From Chiloscyllium plagiosum (Eukaryota): a stretch of 64,000 nucleotides of DNA. A program made the translations under genes and the position numbers. Positions 24,780 through 37,629 of the stretch are shown here, one piece after another. The stretch covers positions 13,101,357 through 13,165,356 of the forward strand of contig NC_057752.1 in the NCBI RefSeq assembly GCF_004010195.1. Direction: 5' to 3'. Each line of letters begins with the position of its first letter. Within the stretch, counting starts at the first letter, position 1. The notes beneath the pieces are model-generated. The model was not told the origin of the DNA. It saw nothing but the letters and a program-made list of their open reading frames with translations, and ran no database searches.

Positions 24780-27120
24780 TTCTGCTAGCCTTTGAGCAAA
24801 GGATTTCAGTAGGAGCAGGAATAGGCCTGGCAGCACTTAAGCCTGCTCTGCCATTCAACACAACCTAAACCTCAATGTCACAATGATTCTTAACTCTTCC
24901 TATAGTTCAACAGTTAGACTTTGTCTATCTCATACTTGATTCATTGACCCAGGGCTATCTACAGTGGAGAACGGGCAACTCTTTATTCCCCTCAGTTCTT
25001 GGTTTTGCTACAAGGAGAGGCATCTTCTCAGCATCTACCCCGTCTAACCTCCTGCCCTCCCTCCCCACTCCCCCCAGTACCTTATATGTTTCAATAGGAT
25101 CACCTCTCATTCTTTGAAACTCCCATAAGTATCAGCTCAATCTTTCCTCAAAACAAAGCCTTTCATCCAAAAAGTCAGTCAAGAGAGCCTACTCTGACCT
25201 ACCTCCAATGCAAATCTGCATCTCAAAACTAGGAGACTGCAACTATATGCAATAGGTGCGGTCTCACCAATGTCCCATACATTGGAGCAACATTTCCCTA
25301 CTTATATATTCCAACCCCTATTAAACAAAGGACAGCATTCTATTTATCTTCTCAATCAATTGCTGTACTTGTATGCTGACTTTTTTATGTATTAATATAC
25401 CCTGATCCCTCTGTATCACAGCATTCTGCAGTCTCTCTCCAGTTAAACGATATTTTGCTTCTCGATGTTTCCTATAAAAGTAGATAATCTCAGATATCTC
25501 CACAAAATATTCAATTTTCAAAGGTGTTGCGCACTCACTTAACCTCCTCATATCCTTTTACAGACTCTTTGTTTCCTCCTCACAACTACCTGTCTTTGAA
25601 TCAGCAAATTTGGCTACCATGTACTCTGTCTTATTATCCACGTCATTAATTTGGATGCAAGTGGTTAAGGCCCCAGCACAAATCCCTACAGCACTCCCTT
25701 CTTCACAGATGTTCCAATTATCCTGACTCTCTGTTTCTGGTCAGTTAGCCAGTCTCTATCTACACCAGTATCTTAGCTCCAGCACCATGGGCTCTTATCT
25801 TTATGCAGGAACTTGTTTTTTTATATGGCACCTTATTGAATGCCTTTTCGCAATCCAACTGATTCCCCTTTATCCACCCTAATTGTCACATCGTCAAAGG
25901 ACTCTGTTTGTCAAATACAATTATCCTCTCATAAAACCATGTTGGGTCTCCCTGATTGTGTTATGGTTTTCAAAGTGACATGCTCTTACCCCCTTAATAA
26001 TGGATTCTGGCATTTTCCCAATGACTGATGTTAGTCTAATTGACTTTGTATCCCTCCTATCTTGAATAGGAGTATAACTTTGGCAGTTTTCCAATCCATT
26101 GGGATCTTTCCTGAACCTCGGGAACTGTCAAAGATTAAACCCAATATATCCACTTGTTTTAAGACTATCAGGACAGGGGACTTGTCAGCTATTAGGTTTT
26201 TCGCAAGTGATAAAGATAGTTTAAATTCCTCTTTTCCCTGATTTTCAGTTAGTTTTAGGATGCTTTTAGTGTCTTCTACCATGAAGACAAATACAAGATA
26301 CTTGTTCAAAATCTCTGTCATCTTGTGTCCCCTGCTATTAATCCCCAAAGCTTCATCTTCTAAGGGGAACAATGATTACTTTAGCTACTCTTTTACTTTT
26401 TCTATACTTGTAGAAATGCTTACTGTTTGGTTACATTTTCCTTGCTAGTTTAGTCTCATCATCTAACTTCCCCCCGCTTTTGTTTTGTTTTATTTGCTTT
26501 TCTGTTGTTCAAGATGTTCCCAATCTTTGAGACTACAACTGGTCTTTGCCCCTTCTTTCAATTTCATCCCGTCCTCAACTTCCTTAGTTCACCAGGGATG
26601 GTTAATCTTCCTCATAGAGCCTTTCTTTCTCAAAAGAATATATCTGAATTGAGATGTTATGAAATATTGCCTGAAATGTCTGCCACCACGTCTCTGCCAT
26701 CTTAGCTTTTACTCTTTATTTCTCTATTCCACTTCAGCCAATTGTGTCTCCGTCTTGCTGTAACTACCTTTATTTCAGTACAAGGCACTAGTTTCAGACC
26801 CAGGTTTCTCACCCTCAAACTGAATGTGAAATTCTATCACACTGTGATGCCCCTTCTCTGGAGGATCCTTTACTCTGACATCATTTATTAATCCTGTTTC
26901 ATGGCACTTTACCAGAGTAGCACATTCCTGGTTGGTTTCACAACATATTGTTTTAAGGAACTCTTCCCAAATAAACTCACCCTCAAAGCTACCTTTGCTA
27001 ATTTGATATATCCAATTGATACGAAAATTAACATTGCCGATTCCTTTTGTACAAGTGCCCATTATTGTATGAAGAAATGGTTCTAATTTTTTGACTCTGC
27101 TTTCTAGTCCTAGACACCCC
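24780..27120 (-). mobile_element. Old decayed CR1 LINE
   Basis: Minus-strand remnants HSVIEFHIQFE, EILNKYLVFVF, IPMDWKTAKV..LFK, YRLTGERLQN..QRDQG. Confidence 0.75.
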
Positions 27121-27468
27121 AACCAACAGAAGTAGTTTTACTCCATTAATCCCATCTGTAGGCCTTTGTGTGATGAAAATTTGGATCAATTCACCCCTTA
27201 ACTTCCTAAATTCTAGAGAATGCCTCTTTTTGTGTCATCTCCCCCTGGACTTTCACCCTTAAAATGCACTGGTAGCATTTTGAAATGAATAAGATCAGCA
27301 GATTGCCAACTGGTCCCAGACATTGTCCTCCATTAACAGCCTTTGCCCAGTTTCTCTGGGGTTTTGCTGAGAGGTTTCTACCAAAGTTGCAACAATGAGA
27401 AACTCCAACACTATCACTGCAGGCCAACACTGCTGTTAGCTCATACTTAATGTTTCCGTAGCCCATTA

Positions 27469-28412
27469 CAGAGGAACCTCGATTATCCGAATGAGATGGG
27501 CAGGCACTATTTCATTCAGGTAATTGATTATTCGGTTAATTAGATTACTAATCTAATTCGGTTAATGATTCATTGCCTCTCCTCTGGGGCCTGTAGTTTT
27601 CTGGAGTTGCCTATTTCCTCTCTCTGCCTGCCTTGCTCCCTCTCTCTGTCTCAGGGTTTGTTTCTGAGCAGACACACACTTGTGTGTAAGGGAGCTGCAG
27701 CATTACTGAAGCCTCTAGCACCTCCCACCCCATCAGTTTAATGGGATTGACAGAGTGAGCACTTGCTAAATCTGCTCCGTGTTCAGGTGACTAGGCAGCA
27801 GCATACCACGCAGGAGCCCCTGCCCCCCACTGTCTGCCTCTACCCCCGTCCGCACCCCTACCCCACATCCGACCCGGCCTACTCATCCCTATGCTCCCCC
27901 ACCCCCGGCAGCACCACCAACCATCACCCACCCCCCCACTCCTCCCCCGGGCAGCCGGACTGGACACCAACAGTTAGACTGCTGCTGCCTTTGAGGGGTG
28001 AGTCTCTAAATAGCACACGTGCATGCGCACACACACACACACACACAAACATACACACACACACACAAGCACACAACTTTTTACTGCAGCTTTTTGACAG
28101 GTTCCACCTCTGCCCTGTTGGAGAGATTATTTGGGGAAGGGGGGGTTTAGGGTACATCCGTGTGTACAACTCCTGGGAAAGTGTGGGAAGAGAGAGAGAG
28201 AAAGGGCGGGAGGTCAGTCATTTGGAGACAGTGCCTGGGCTTCCATCGATGTCCAGGACTGTTCTCGGGAGCATTTCAGTAAGCCGGGTTCATCTTTAAT
28301 CATTGTAAACAAAAGACGCAAACAGTGTTGAAACACCTCTTTGATGTAATGTTTCTGTCAGGACTTTGAGATCTTCGGGTAATCCAAAATTCGAATAATT
28401 GAGATTCCTCTG
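27469..28412. mobile_element. Non-autonomous pogo/Tigger-like (Tc1/mariner superfamily) DNA transposon with internal (CA)n and (GA)n tracts
   Basis: Left end ta|CAGAGGAACCTCGATTATCCGAA; right end TTCGAATAATTGAGATTCCTCTG|tg. These form an imperfect 23-bp TIR with a TA (decayed TG) target site. Confidence 0.75.
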
Positions 28413-29127
28413 TGTTGGACTGTTGCTAGCTCCCAGAACAACCCTTCCCAGTATGGGCTACCCAGCATCTTGTGAACTGACCTATAACTGGAAACTTGCG
28501 ATTGAATTGACTCCCCTGTTGCAAACTTCAGCACAGCTAGGCAACATCACCAAAATAGATAGGCTCCACACTAATGGGGACATGAGCCCTTGGCATTCCC
28601 TGATGCTTACTGTGTGTGGTACACTCTCTTATCTCAGTTTTGCCAAGTTTTTTTTTCATATGAACCAGTTCCCCTTCCATGCATCCCAGCTACTGCCCAG
28701 TCTCCTCACTCAGATATTTTTGTGTACCTTTGGAACAGGTCAGACTTGAACCTGGGCTGTCTAGTCAAGAGGCAGGGACACTACCACTCGCCATTCTGCC
28801 CCCCCTCAGTCAGTGCTATTCTGTTTTTGGAGGTTGGAGTAGGCCTGGGTGATTTAGTGCAAGGTCACTAATTGGCCTTTCAGCAAGATTAACTTCACAG
28901 AATCCCCATTACCATTCTTACTATTAGAGAGAAATTTGGGGTCTTGAACTAAGCATGGGTAAATTGTTGGCTCCTGCTCACACCAGAATTTCCTCTATCC
29001 CTAACGAGTCTGCTCTGTCTGTTCGATTGGCATGCGAATGTAATCACTCCATTGTTCGATAGTATTTATCTTGCTCACACAGATTTTGCAACCCGTGCGT
29101 TATCTGTTTTCTCTCTTTGCTCCCCAG

Positions 29128-29178
29128 GATTTCTTGAAGTATTCGAAGAAAGCTGAGCAGGACACCACTCTGTTAGAG
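29128..29178 (+). CDS. ARHGEF25: ARHGEF25-like exon C (DH): DFLKYSKKAEQDTTLLE
   Basis: Polypyrimidine tract plus ccccag acceptor, 51 nt, gtacgg donor. Continues ...LLK|DFLKY in frame. Confidence 0.92.
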
Positions 29179-29424
29179 GTACGGCAATCACCAAACTTAC
29201 AAGGGGATATTTCTGGGCCCTGTTGTTCTATCATTGTCCAGCCTTCTATCCTGACCCCTGTGCAAATCTCAGTTCCTGTCAAGCTCTGCTGCATCCCAGT
29301 CCCAATCTCAAATTCCCCTCCCCCATGCCCATTGAGCTACCATGGCAATGCCTTGATTACAGAATTCTCCTGCCTGTTTTCAACTCCCTCATGCCTCTAT
29401 TTCTATAATCAGCCCCAGAGCCCA

Positions 29425-29735
29425 GATGGCACAGTGGCTGAGTGGTTAGCACTGCTGCTTCACAGTGCCAGGGAGCTGGGTTCAGTTCCACCCTCGTGCA
29501 ACTGTCCGTGTGGGGTTTGTGTGTTCTCCCCGTGTCTGTGTGGGTTTCCTCTCACAGTCCAAAGATGTGTAGGTTAGGTGGATTGACCATGCTAAATTAC
29601 CCATAGTGTGCAGACTAGGTGGGTTAGCCATGGTAAATGCGGGGTTATAGGGATAGTGTGGGATGCTCTTTGGAGGGTCAGTGCAAACGTGATGGGCCCA
29701 ATAGCCTCTGTCAGTACTATAGGGATTCTATGATT
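29425..29735 (+). mobile_element. HE1-like SINE
   Basis: ggcacagtggctgagtggttagcactgctgc head, conserved core and tail. Confidence 0.8.
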
Positions 29736-29899
29736 TCAACCCACTGAGATAACCTCTAATTTTGGCCTCTGGAGCATCCTCTGATTTCCATTGCTTCACT
29801 TTGGTCACCAAACCTCTCGCACTCTTCTTCCTTTTTTAAAACCAAGCTTTCGGTCAACTCTCTGTTTGTGGTTCCACATCAAGTTTGTTGAGGTAAGAC

Positions 29900-31495
29900 C
29901 ATAAGGAATAGGACCAGGAGTAGGCTATTCAGCCCCTGGAGCCTACCCTCCCCTCCACACACCCCCCCCCCACCATTCCATAGAAGCATAGCTGATCCAA
30001 CATCCCTCACATTCAGTATCCTGCCCTTTCCCCTTAACCGTTGGATTCCATGACTGATCACGATTCTATTTGTCTCAGCCTTAAATATACACAAGGGCTC
30101 TGCCCCCACAGCTCTCTGCAGTAAGGAGCTCCAAAGATTCTCAACCCCTCAGAGAAGAAATTCCTCCTCATCACCATCTTAAATTGGTGCCCCTTTATTC
30201 TGAGATCATGCCCTCTGGTCCCAGATGCCCTGGGATGATTTTCTTTGGTAAAGGCAGTAGATATTTGCACATTGTCGTGACTCTTGCTGTTTTTACTGTT
30301 TTTTTGGAGAGACTCAGCACAGAAGCAGAGAACTGTAGGCCAGGTTACTTGTTGGATTATATCAATTTATTTTTCTCCATATGAGTAGCAGCTCTCCCAA
30401 GAATAAGTTGCATCCATAAACGACTTTTCAGACAATTAATGACGCTGGTGTACTTTACAGGAAGATGATGTTGGGCACTAAGCTGAACTAAACATAGGAT
30501 TTAGGAGTGGGCCACTCAGCCTCTCAAGCCTGTTCCAATAAGGTCATGGCTGCTGTTTGTGGTCACAGCACCACATTCATATCCTGTTTTAAACAATATT
30601 TGCTAGCTCATGTTATCTTTCCTCTGACATAACGCTCCACCATCACGTCCTCTTTACTGCAGATTACCTCCCAGTTTAGTAACTCGTACAATTCGATGAC
30701 TTGAGATGAAAAGGTAAATGAGTCATTTCCATTTTGTGTTGCACCTCCCATGACCTCAGACCCAATAAGGTACTGCTGAAGTGTCAGCAATCTGCAAGGT
30801 CCCACAAGGAGCAATGAGATTGTGACCAGGCCATCTGCTTTGTCCTGTCATTTGATAGATTGTTGTTGGCCTGGACACTGGTGGAGAACACTCCTACTCT
30901 TCAGTGGGAATCTTCACCCGAGACAAACAGACATCACATCATTTCACTTTTGTGGGATGCAGGCATCACTGGCAAGGCCAGTGTTTGTTGGCCTTTGAAC
31001 TGAGAGGCTCACTTGGACATTTCAGAGGGCGGTTAAGAGTCAACCACAATGCAATGGGTCTGGAGTCATGGATAGGCCAGACCGGGTACATAGAATGTAG
31101 CCCTTCAGCCCACGATGTTGTGCCAAACATGACACCAAATTAAACGAATCCCTTCTGCCTGCCCTTGGTCCATATCCCTCCATTCCTTGCATTTTCATGC
31201 GCTTATTTTAAAGATTCTTAAATGCCCCTATCGTATCTGCCTTCACCACCACCCTGGAAGCATGTTCCACACTCGTACCACTTTCTGTGTTAAAAAACTT
31301 GTCCCTCACATCTGCTTTGAGCTTTCCCCCCTCACCTTAAATGTATTAGACATCTCAACTCTGGGAAAAAGATTCTGAATGTCAACCCTATCTCTGCACC
31401 TCATTGTTGTATAGATTTCAATCGAGTCTCCCCCTCAGCCTCTGCCATTCCAGAGGAAACATCCTGAGTTTTTCTAGCCTCTCCTTATAGCTCAT
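29900..31495 (-). mobile_element. Cluster of CR1 3' fragments (about 29900-30225 and 31088-31495) with SINE pieces
   Basis: GTRGHDLRIKG..RRNFFS in ORF 30058..30270. cccttcagcccacgatgttgtgcc tail at about 31100. Confidence 0.65.
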
Positions 31496-33027
31496 AAGGG
31501 CGGCAGATTTCCCTCCCTAAACGGCACGAATGAAGCAGGATTTTTGTTTATATAATCACTGATAGTTTTGTGGTCACTGTTACAGAGACGTTCACTTCCA
31601 GAGTTTAATAACTAAATTAGGGGAGGTGATAGCCTAGTGGCATTTTCACTAGCCCATTAATCGAGAAACTTAGCTAATGTTCCCAGGACTCAGGTTCAAA
31701 TCCTGCCATGGCAGATGGGAAGAGTTTGAATTCACTTAAAAGAAAATGTGGGATTAAGAATCTCATGATGACCATGAATCATTGCCAATTGTTGGAAAAC
31801 CCCATCTGGTTCACTAATGCCTTTTAGCGAAGGAAAATGCTATCCTTACCTGATCTGGCCTACATGTGACTCCAGACCCACAGCAATGAGAGTGACTCTT
31901 CACTGCCTCTGGGCAATTAGGGATGGGCAGTAAACAAGGCCTAGCCAGTGACACCCACATCCCATGAATGAATAAAAGAAAGTATAAATTCCACCAGCTA
32001 TCGTAGTGGGAATTGAACCCATGTCCTCACAGCGTCAGCCTGGGCCTTTTCATTATTGATACAGCACCATCTCCCTATTATCTCATCTCTGACAACAAAC
32101 ATTCCTTCAGCTCTGCCCTGAGCTGTTAGCTGTGGCATTTCCCCAGATGACCACTCCTGGCACCTTGTGGGATTTGCCATCTCTGTTGGTGTGTGGTACT
32201 GGGTGAGGGTTTTTGAGGTGATTCGCTCCTGCAAACCCTCCTTTGTCCTTGCTTTGTGTTGGGCCTATCTGGTGCTAAGAGTTCGAGTATACACCATTGA
32301 AGAGTATCTCCAGAAGAGGCTGTTCTTAGATAACAAGGAGGTTTATTGGAATAAGGACAACTACATTTGGTCAGGTAGGATTCCTGAGACCTTAGGGAAC
32401 TGGTACAGACAGATCTGCTCCCTCTGAAAACTAGAATAGAAATCTTTGTCTTCATTCACAGACTGTGTGTGACATGAGCAGATTGAGTGGAGCCAATATG
32501 ACATGAACATTAGCCCTTCAAAGCTTCTGCCTGATACAAGATTGTCTTTATTAAGAGTTTAGACCTTTGGAGTGGGATTTGAACTCACAAGCCTGTGACA
32601 GTTGACTGTTTCCACTGAGCCAAGGCTGACAGATGGAAGCATTGTACTTGTGCGTTGAAGGTTTGGAGCTGTGAAGGTGATTTTTACAATCCCACTGATT
32701 TTGTCATCCATTGCCACTTATGTACGATCCATTGTGACACAGCCCACCTAGACGCAGGAAACAGGAAATCAAAGAGTGCAGGAGCAGAAACAAACTAGAT
32801 AGCAGCAGCATTGCAGTGTAACTGAAAACATCAGCAAGTCACACACAAGCCTGAGTCAAGAGCTGGAAAATGGGACTGGAATTGTTCGGTATTTGTTTTC
32901 CACAGGTTCCAAACTTCCATGACTCTGACAAGCATACCCCCATGAATTGAAATGGCAGAAATTATCGGTATTGAGGAAAGAATGCACTTTGTATATATTG
33001 AGATTGTGTGATATTTTCCCTTTGTAG

Positions 33028-33105
33028 CAAGCTGTGGAGGTGATGTGCTTCGTGCCTAGACGATGTAATGATATGATGAACGTAGGACGCTTACAGGGCT
33101 TTGAG
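33028..33105 (+). CDS. ARHGEF25: ARHGEF25-like exon D (DH end/linker): QAVEVMCFVPRRCNDMMNVGRLQGFE
   Basis: tttccctttgtag acceptor, 78 nt, gtaagt donor. Family motif AVEVMCxVPxRCNDMM. Confidence 0.93.
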
Positions 33106-34104
33106 GTAAGTTTTGATTTCACTTCCGTTCCTTGTTAGGAGGACCTGGCTACCAAGGCATTGTTGGACAAAGCTAGTTAACAAGAGAATTTTTTTGTCAG
33201 AACTCCCTGGACATCCTTTCTTAGATCGAGGAATGAAATGAACCTCAAAGCTTGAATGATGACATGTCATTTTCGTATCAACACATGATTCAATACAATA
33301 ATGCAGTGTGCTTTTATGTCCATAAGCTTCAACCCTTCCTCTTATCTCTCCACAAGAAAAGGGGACATAGAATCAGGACTGCTCCTAGGAGGTAGACACC
33401 CCCAGTGTCTTTGAGAAGAGGAAAGAGTCAGGAAATTAAATAATAAACCAGTGCCCAACTTCCCACTAATGCCAATTTTCTGAAACTTGGGAAGAAGCGA
33501 TTACTAATTTCTCATTGAAAGTCTCTCTTGGTGTATACCCTTTAAATTCATGGGCGTACATTTGGACTTTGGGCATGGGAGGATATTAAATGTTATCGAA
33601 TTAACTGCCTGTTACTCATCACACCTGGCTGACCTCTTCTAAACCCATGACCCCTTCCATCCAGTAGAACAAGGGCACCAGATACATGGGAACACCACCA
33701 CCTGCCAGTTCCCCTCTAAGCCCCTCACCATCCTGACTTGGAAATATATTGCTGTTCCTTCAGTGTTGCTGGGTCAAAACCCTGGAATTCCCACCCTCAG
33801 GGCATTGTGGGTCAACCTACAGCACACGGACTGCAGCGGTTCAAGATGGCAGCTCACCCCCATCTTCTCAAGGGGGGTAACTAGGGACAGGCAATAAATG
33901 CTGGCCCAAATTCCATGAAAGAGTACAAAAATCTAAAACTCAGGAGAGATGCTTAACTGATAGTTTTACCCAATTGGCCAAGTCAAAACGACCCTGGAAG
34001 GAGTTAGATCCAGGTTTGTCGTGATTGGAATTTCCTCCTCTCTCCTTCCACCTAATATTGAATTAACTGTGGGTTGATCTGCCCTTTCTTCCTCCCTCCT
34101 CCAG

Positions 34105-34296
34105 GGAAAAATAACAGCTCAGGGAAAACTTCTTCAGCAGGACACCTTCCACGTGATCGAACAGGATGCTGGCTTCCTATCGCGCAGTAAAGAGCGGCGA
34201 GTTTTCCTCTTTGAACAAATAGTAATCTTCAGTGAGCCACTGGATAAGAAGAAGGGCTTTTCACTGCCAGGTTATCTCTTCAAGAACAGTATTAAG
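34105..34296 (+). CDS. ARHGEF25: ARHGEF25-like exon E (PH domain): GKITAQGKLLQQDTF...ERRVFLFEQIVIFSEPLDKKKGFSLPGYLFKNSIK
   Basis: Pyrimidine tract plus ccag acceptor, 192 nt, gtaatg donor. Overlaps ORF 34153..34392. Confidence 0.93.
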
Positions 34297-34534
34297 GTAA
34301 TGGTGGGATGCAACAGGTTTTCCCGTCCCAGCTTGGGATACAATGCCCATTTGTTTCCACTGCTGCAGCCAACAGCTCCAGCTTCTTGGTGAACGCACTG
34401 AAGGCCATTAAGCCAGGCCGTTCACCTTGGTTCCCCCATGCCCTGAATTTATTCATGAGCCACGTGATGGTACTTCCAAGTCTCACTTGAGGATTTTATC
34501 ATATAACTCAGACGGACACTTCAGACTGTGACCG

Positions 34535-35490
34535 AGGGAGTGCCGGAATGTCGGAGGGTCAGTACTGAGGGAGTGCCGCACTGTTGGAGGGTCAGTGCTG
34601 AGGGAGTGCCACACTGTCAGAGGGTCAGTATTGAGGGATTGCCGCACTTTCAGGGGGTCAGTACTGAGGGATTGCCGCACTGTCGGAGTGTCAGTGATGA
34701 GGGAGTGCCGCGTTGTCGGAGGGTCAGTACTGAGGAATGTCACACTGTCGGAGGATCAGTGCTGAGGGACCGCCGCACTGTCAGAGGGTCAGTGCTGAGG
34801 GAGTGCCGCTCTGTCAGAGGATCAGTGCAGAGGGCATGCCACACTGTCGGAGGATCAGTGCTGAGGAAGTGCTGCACTGTCGGAGACTCAGTGCTGAGGG
34901 AGTACCGCACTATCAGAGGTTCAGTACTGAGGGAGTGCTGCACTGGCGGAGATTCAGTGCTGAGGGAGTGCCGCACGGTCGGAGGGTCAGTACTGAGGGA
35001 ATGCTGCACTGTCGGAGGGTCAATACTGAGGGAGTAAGTACTGTTGGAGGGTCAGTGCTGAGGGATTGCCGCACTGTCAGAGGGTCAGTACTGAGGGAAT
35101 GTCACACTGTCGGAGGGTCAGTGCTGAGGGAATGTTGCACTGTCGGAGGGTCAGTACTGAGGGAATGTCGCACTGTCGGAGGGTCAGTACTGAGGAATGT
35201 CACACTGTCGGAGGGTCAGTGCTGAGGGACCGCCGCACTGTCAGAGGGTCAGTACTGAGGGAATGTCACTGTCGGAGGGTCAGTACTGAGGGAATGTCGC
35301 ACTGTCGGAGGGTCAGTGCTGAGGGAGTGCCGAACTGTCAGAGGGTCAGTACTGAGGGAATGTCGCACTGTCAGAAGGTCAGTGCTGAGGGAATGTCGCA
35401 CTGTCGGAGGGTCAGTACTGAGGAAATGTCGCACTGTCGGAGGGTCAGTGCTGAGGGAGTGCCGCACTGTCGGAGGGTCAGTGCTGAGGG
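34535..35490. repeat. 33-bp minisatellite (about 29 units), cactgtcggagggtcagt(g/a)ctgagggagtgccg
   Basis: Direct periodicity. The ORF track repeats ECRTVGGSVLR every 11 aa. Confidence 0.95.
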
Positions 35491-36006
35491 TGTCACGCAA
35501 TGAGGCACGTTGGAGGATTTATCTGTAAAAATAAATAATTATTCAGAACCATTGACTCAAATAAGTAAGAATACCTTAACATACTGAACCCAGTATCTTT
35601 ATGTGCCCTAAATATGGTGTCACCTGTATCTTTCTGGCTTGTAAGGAACTTTATTCTCAAATTGTATTAGTTTTTCCGTCATAACTCAATCTGTTTCCTG
35701 AATTATAAGAGCCAGGTTGTGATTAAAAGGAAAACGCAGACCGACATGGAAAGCTGTTGTTGAGTGTCCCTTTGTGTCAGCGAGTTGAGGGCACGGTGCA
35801 TGAAGGTTATTCCATGTTGATGTTGATAGTTGGCAGTGTGATGGAGAGGGTCACACAGATAGACTGTGTCAGATCCTTATGGGATGACCCTGGGTCAGGC
35901 TCTCTCATCACCAATCCTTCCCATTTTAAAATGTCCATGGAATAAAGTACATTTTACTTTACTAAAGTAAAATTTTACTTTACTAAAGTACATTTTACTA
36001 AAGTCT

Positions 36007-36330
36007 GGGCGGCACGGTGGCACAGTGGTTAGCACTGCTGCCTCACAGCGCCAGAGACCCGGGTTCAATTTCAGCCTCAGGTGACTGTCTGTGTGGAGTT
36101 TGCACGTTCTCCCCGTGTCTGCGTGGGTTTCCGCCGGGTGCTCTGGTTTCCTCCCACAGTCCAAAGATGTGCAGGTCAGGTGAATTGGCCATGCTAAATT
36201 GCCCGTAGTGTTAGGTAAGGAGTAAATGTAGGGGAATGGGTGGGTTGCGCTTCGGCGGGTCGGTGTGGACTTGTTGGGCCAAAGGGCCTGTTTCCACACT
36301 GTAATGTAATCTAATCTAATCTAATCTAAT
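36007..36330 (+). mobile_element. Young full-length HE1-like SINE with (TAATC)n tail; further copies at about 58285-58590(-) and 61200-61500(+)
   Basis: gggcggcacggtggcacagtggttagcactgctgcctcacagcgccagagacccgggttcaatt with CpGs retained; ends ctaatctaatctaat. Confidence 0.9.
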
Positions 36331-37629
36331 TTTATCTATTGTGACTTGGAGACAGTCAGGACTGCAGATGCTGGAAGCCAGAGTCAGCAAATGTGAAGCT
36401 GGAAAAGCTGGCCAGACAGCATCTGAGCAGCAGGAAAGTCCATGTGTTGGGCCGAAACCCTTGACTTTTCTGCTCCTCAGATGTTGTCTAATCTGCTGTG
36501 TTTTTCCAGCTTCACATCTATTGATTTTATTTGTTGTCTTTCATTCACGCTTTCTCAAAAAGCATTAAAACTTACTTCAGAACACTTGAACTAAGGACAT
36601 CCAAAAAGGACAGTCTGCTCAGGAGGTGGGTCGGCTTGACAGGAGGGTAAAGAGTTGCACTGCCCTTACACACCACCTAGTGGCTAGCTTCATGGTAGCA
36701 TGAACCAGAGACTGAGCAATGAGGAGCTGAGGTACCTTCCTCACTAGCGAACAATGTTTAATGCATTGCAGGAAAAGAATAATTTGCATTCACCATGCTG
36801 TCAGTAGATGAAACAAAATGGATCACAAATACCTAACAGCACCCCTTTAGCTGTGCTGTTGCTAGGTGACAGAATCTGTGAGAGAAGTTAATTTTAATTA
36901 GCATTTGCATCGTCAAGAAAAATCAGTTTACTTTGCTTTGAAGCAGAGGACCTTCTGCAGGTTTTTGTTGAACCATGTATTTATCTTTCTGTTTTCAACC
37001 CTCCTTCCAATATTCTTACTCCACCTGGAGCTCTCCCTCTGGTCTCTGATCTGCCCTCTTTTCCTCAGGTGCGACCCTAATCTTGTCATCGAAGGGAATA
37101 AGGGGAAAGGGGGCAATTGTCACCTGGAGTGCCAGCCTCTACCTGGCAAAGGTTGAGTGCCACCTCTCAGACACTCCCTTCCATGTCGCCTTAAACAGCA
37201 AGCTGCTATTTCCAGGACTGTCACTGGCCTCTGGAGATTTCCCTTATACAGCTCCCTACCTCGTAGAGCCCCCAACCCCACACAGACTTCTCCTACCACC
37301 TTCCCAAAATCCACACACAGGCCTGCCCTGGTACATCCATCCTGCTCCACTGAACTTATTTCTTCCCATCTTGACTGTTTCCTTTTCTGGTACAGTCTCT
37401 TCCCAGCTCCATCTGTAATTCTTCCAAACCTCTCCATCACCACTTGCTGTTCCCCAGCCCTAACCATCTCCTCTTTGTTGTGTTATTTCCAACAGTCAGT
37501 ATACCTTGAGGAGACATACACATGATATTATCACTGTTTAAAAAAATGTGACCCAAGGGTATAAAGATCTCAAACTCCATCTTAACCCAGCACCACCTGA
37601 AGCATAACATGTTACTGGATGCATGTTGT

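Noticed and set aside
34528..35528. Cys/His-containing repetitive ORFs suggestive of zinc-finger or repeat proteins
   Set aside because: Translations of the 33-bp minisatellite in several frames, with no splice support.
36007..36080. tRNA-like A/B boxes
   Set aside because: SINE heads continuing into SINE body and tail, not tRNA genes.
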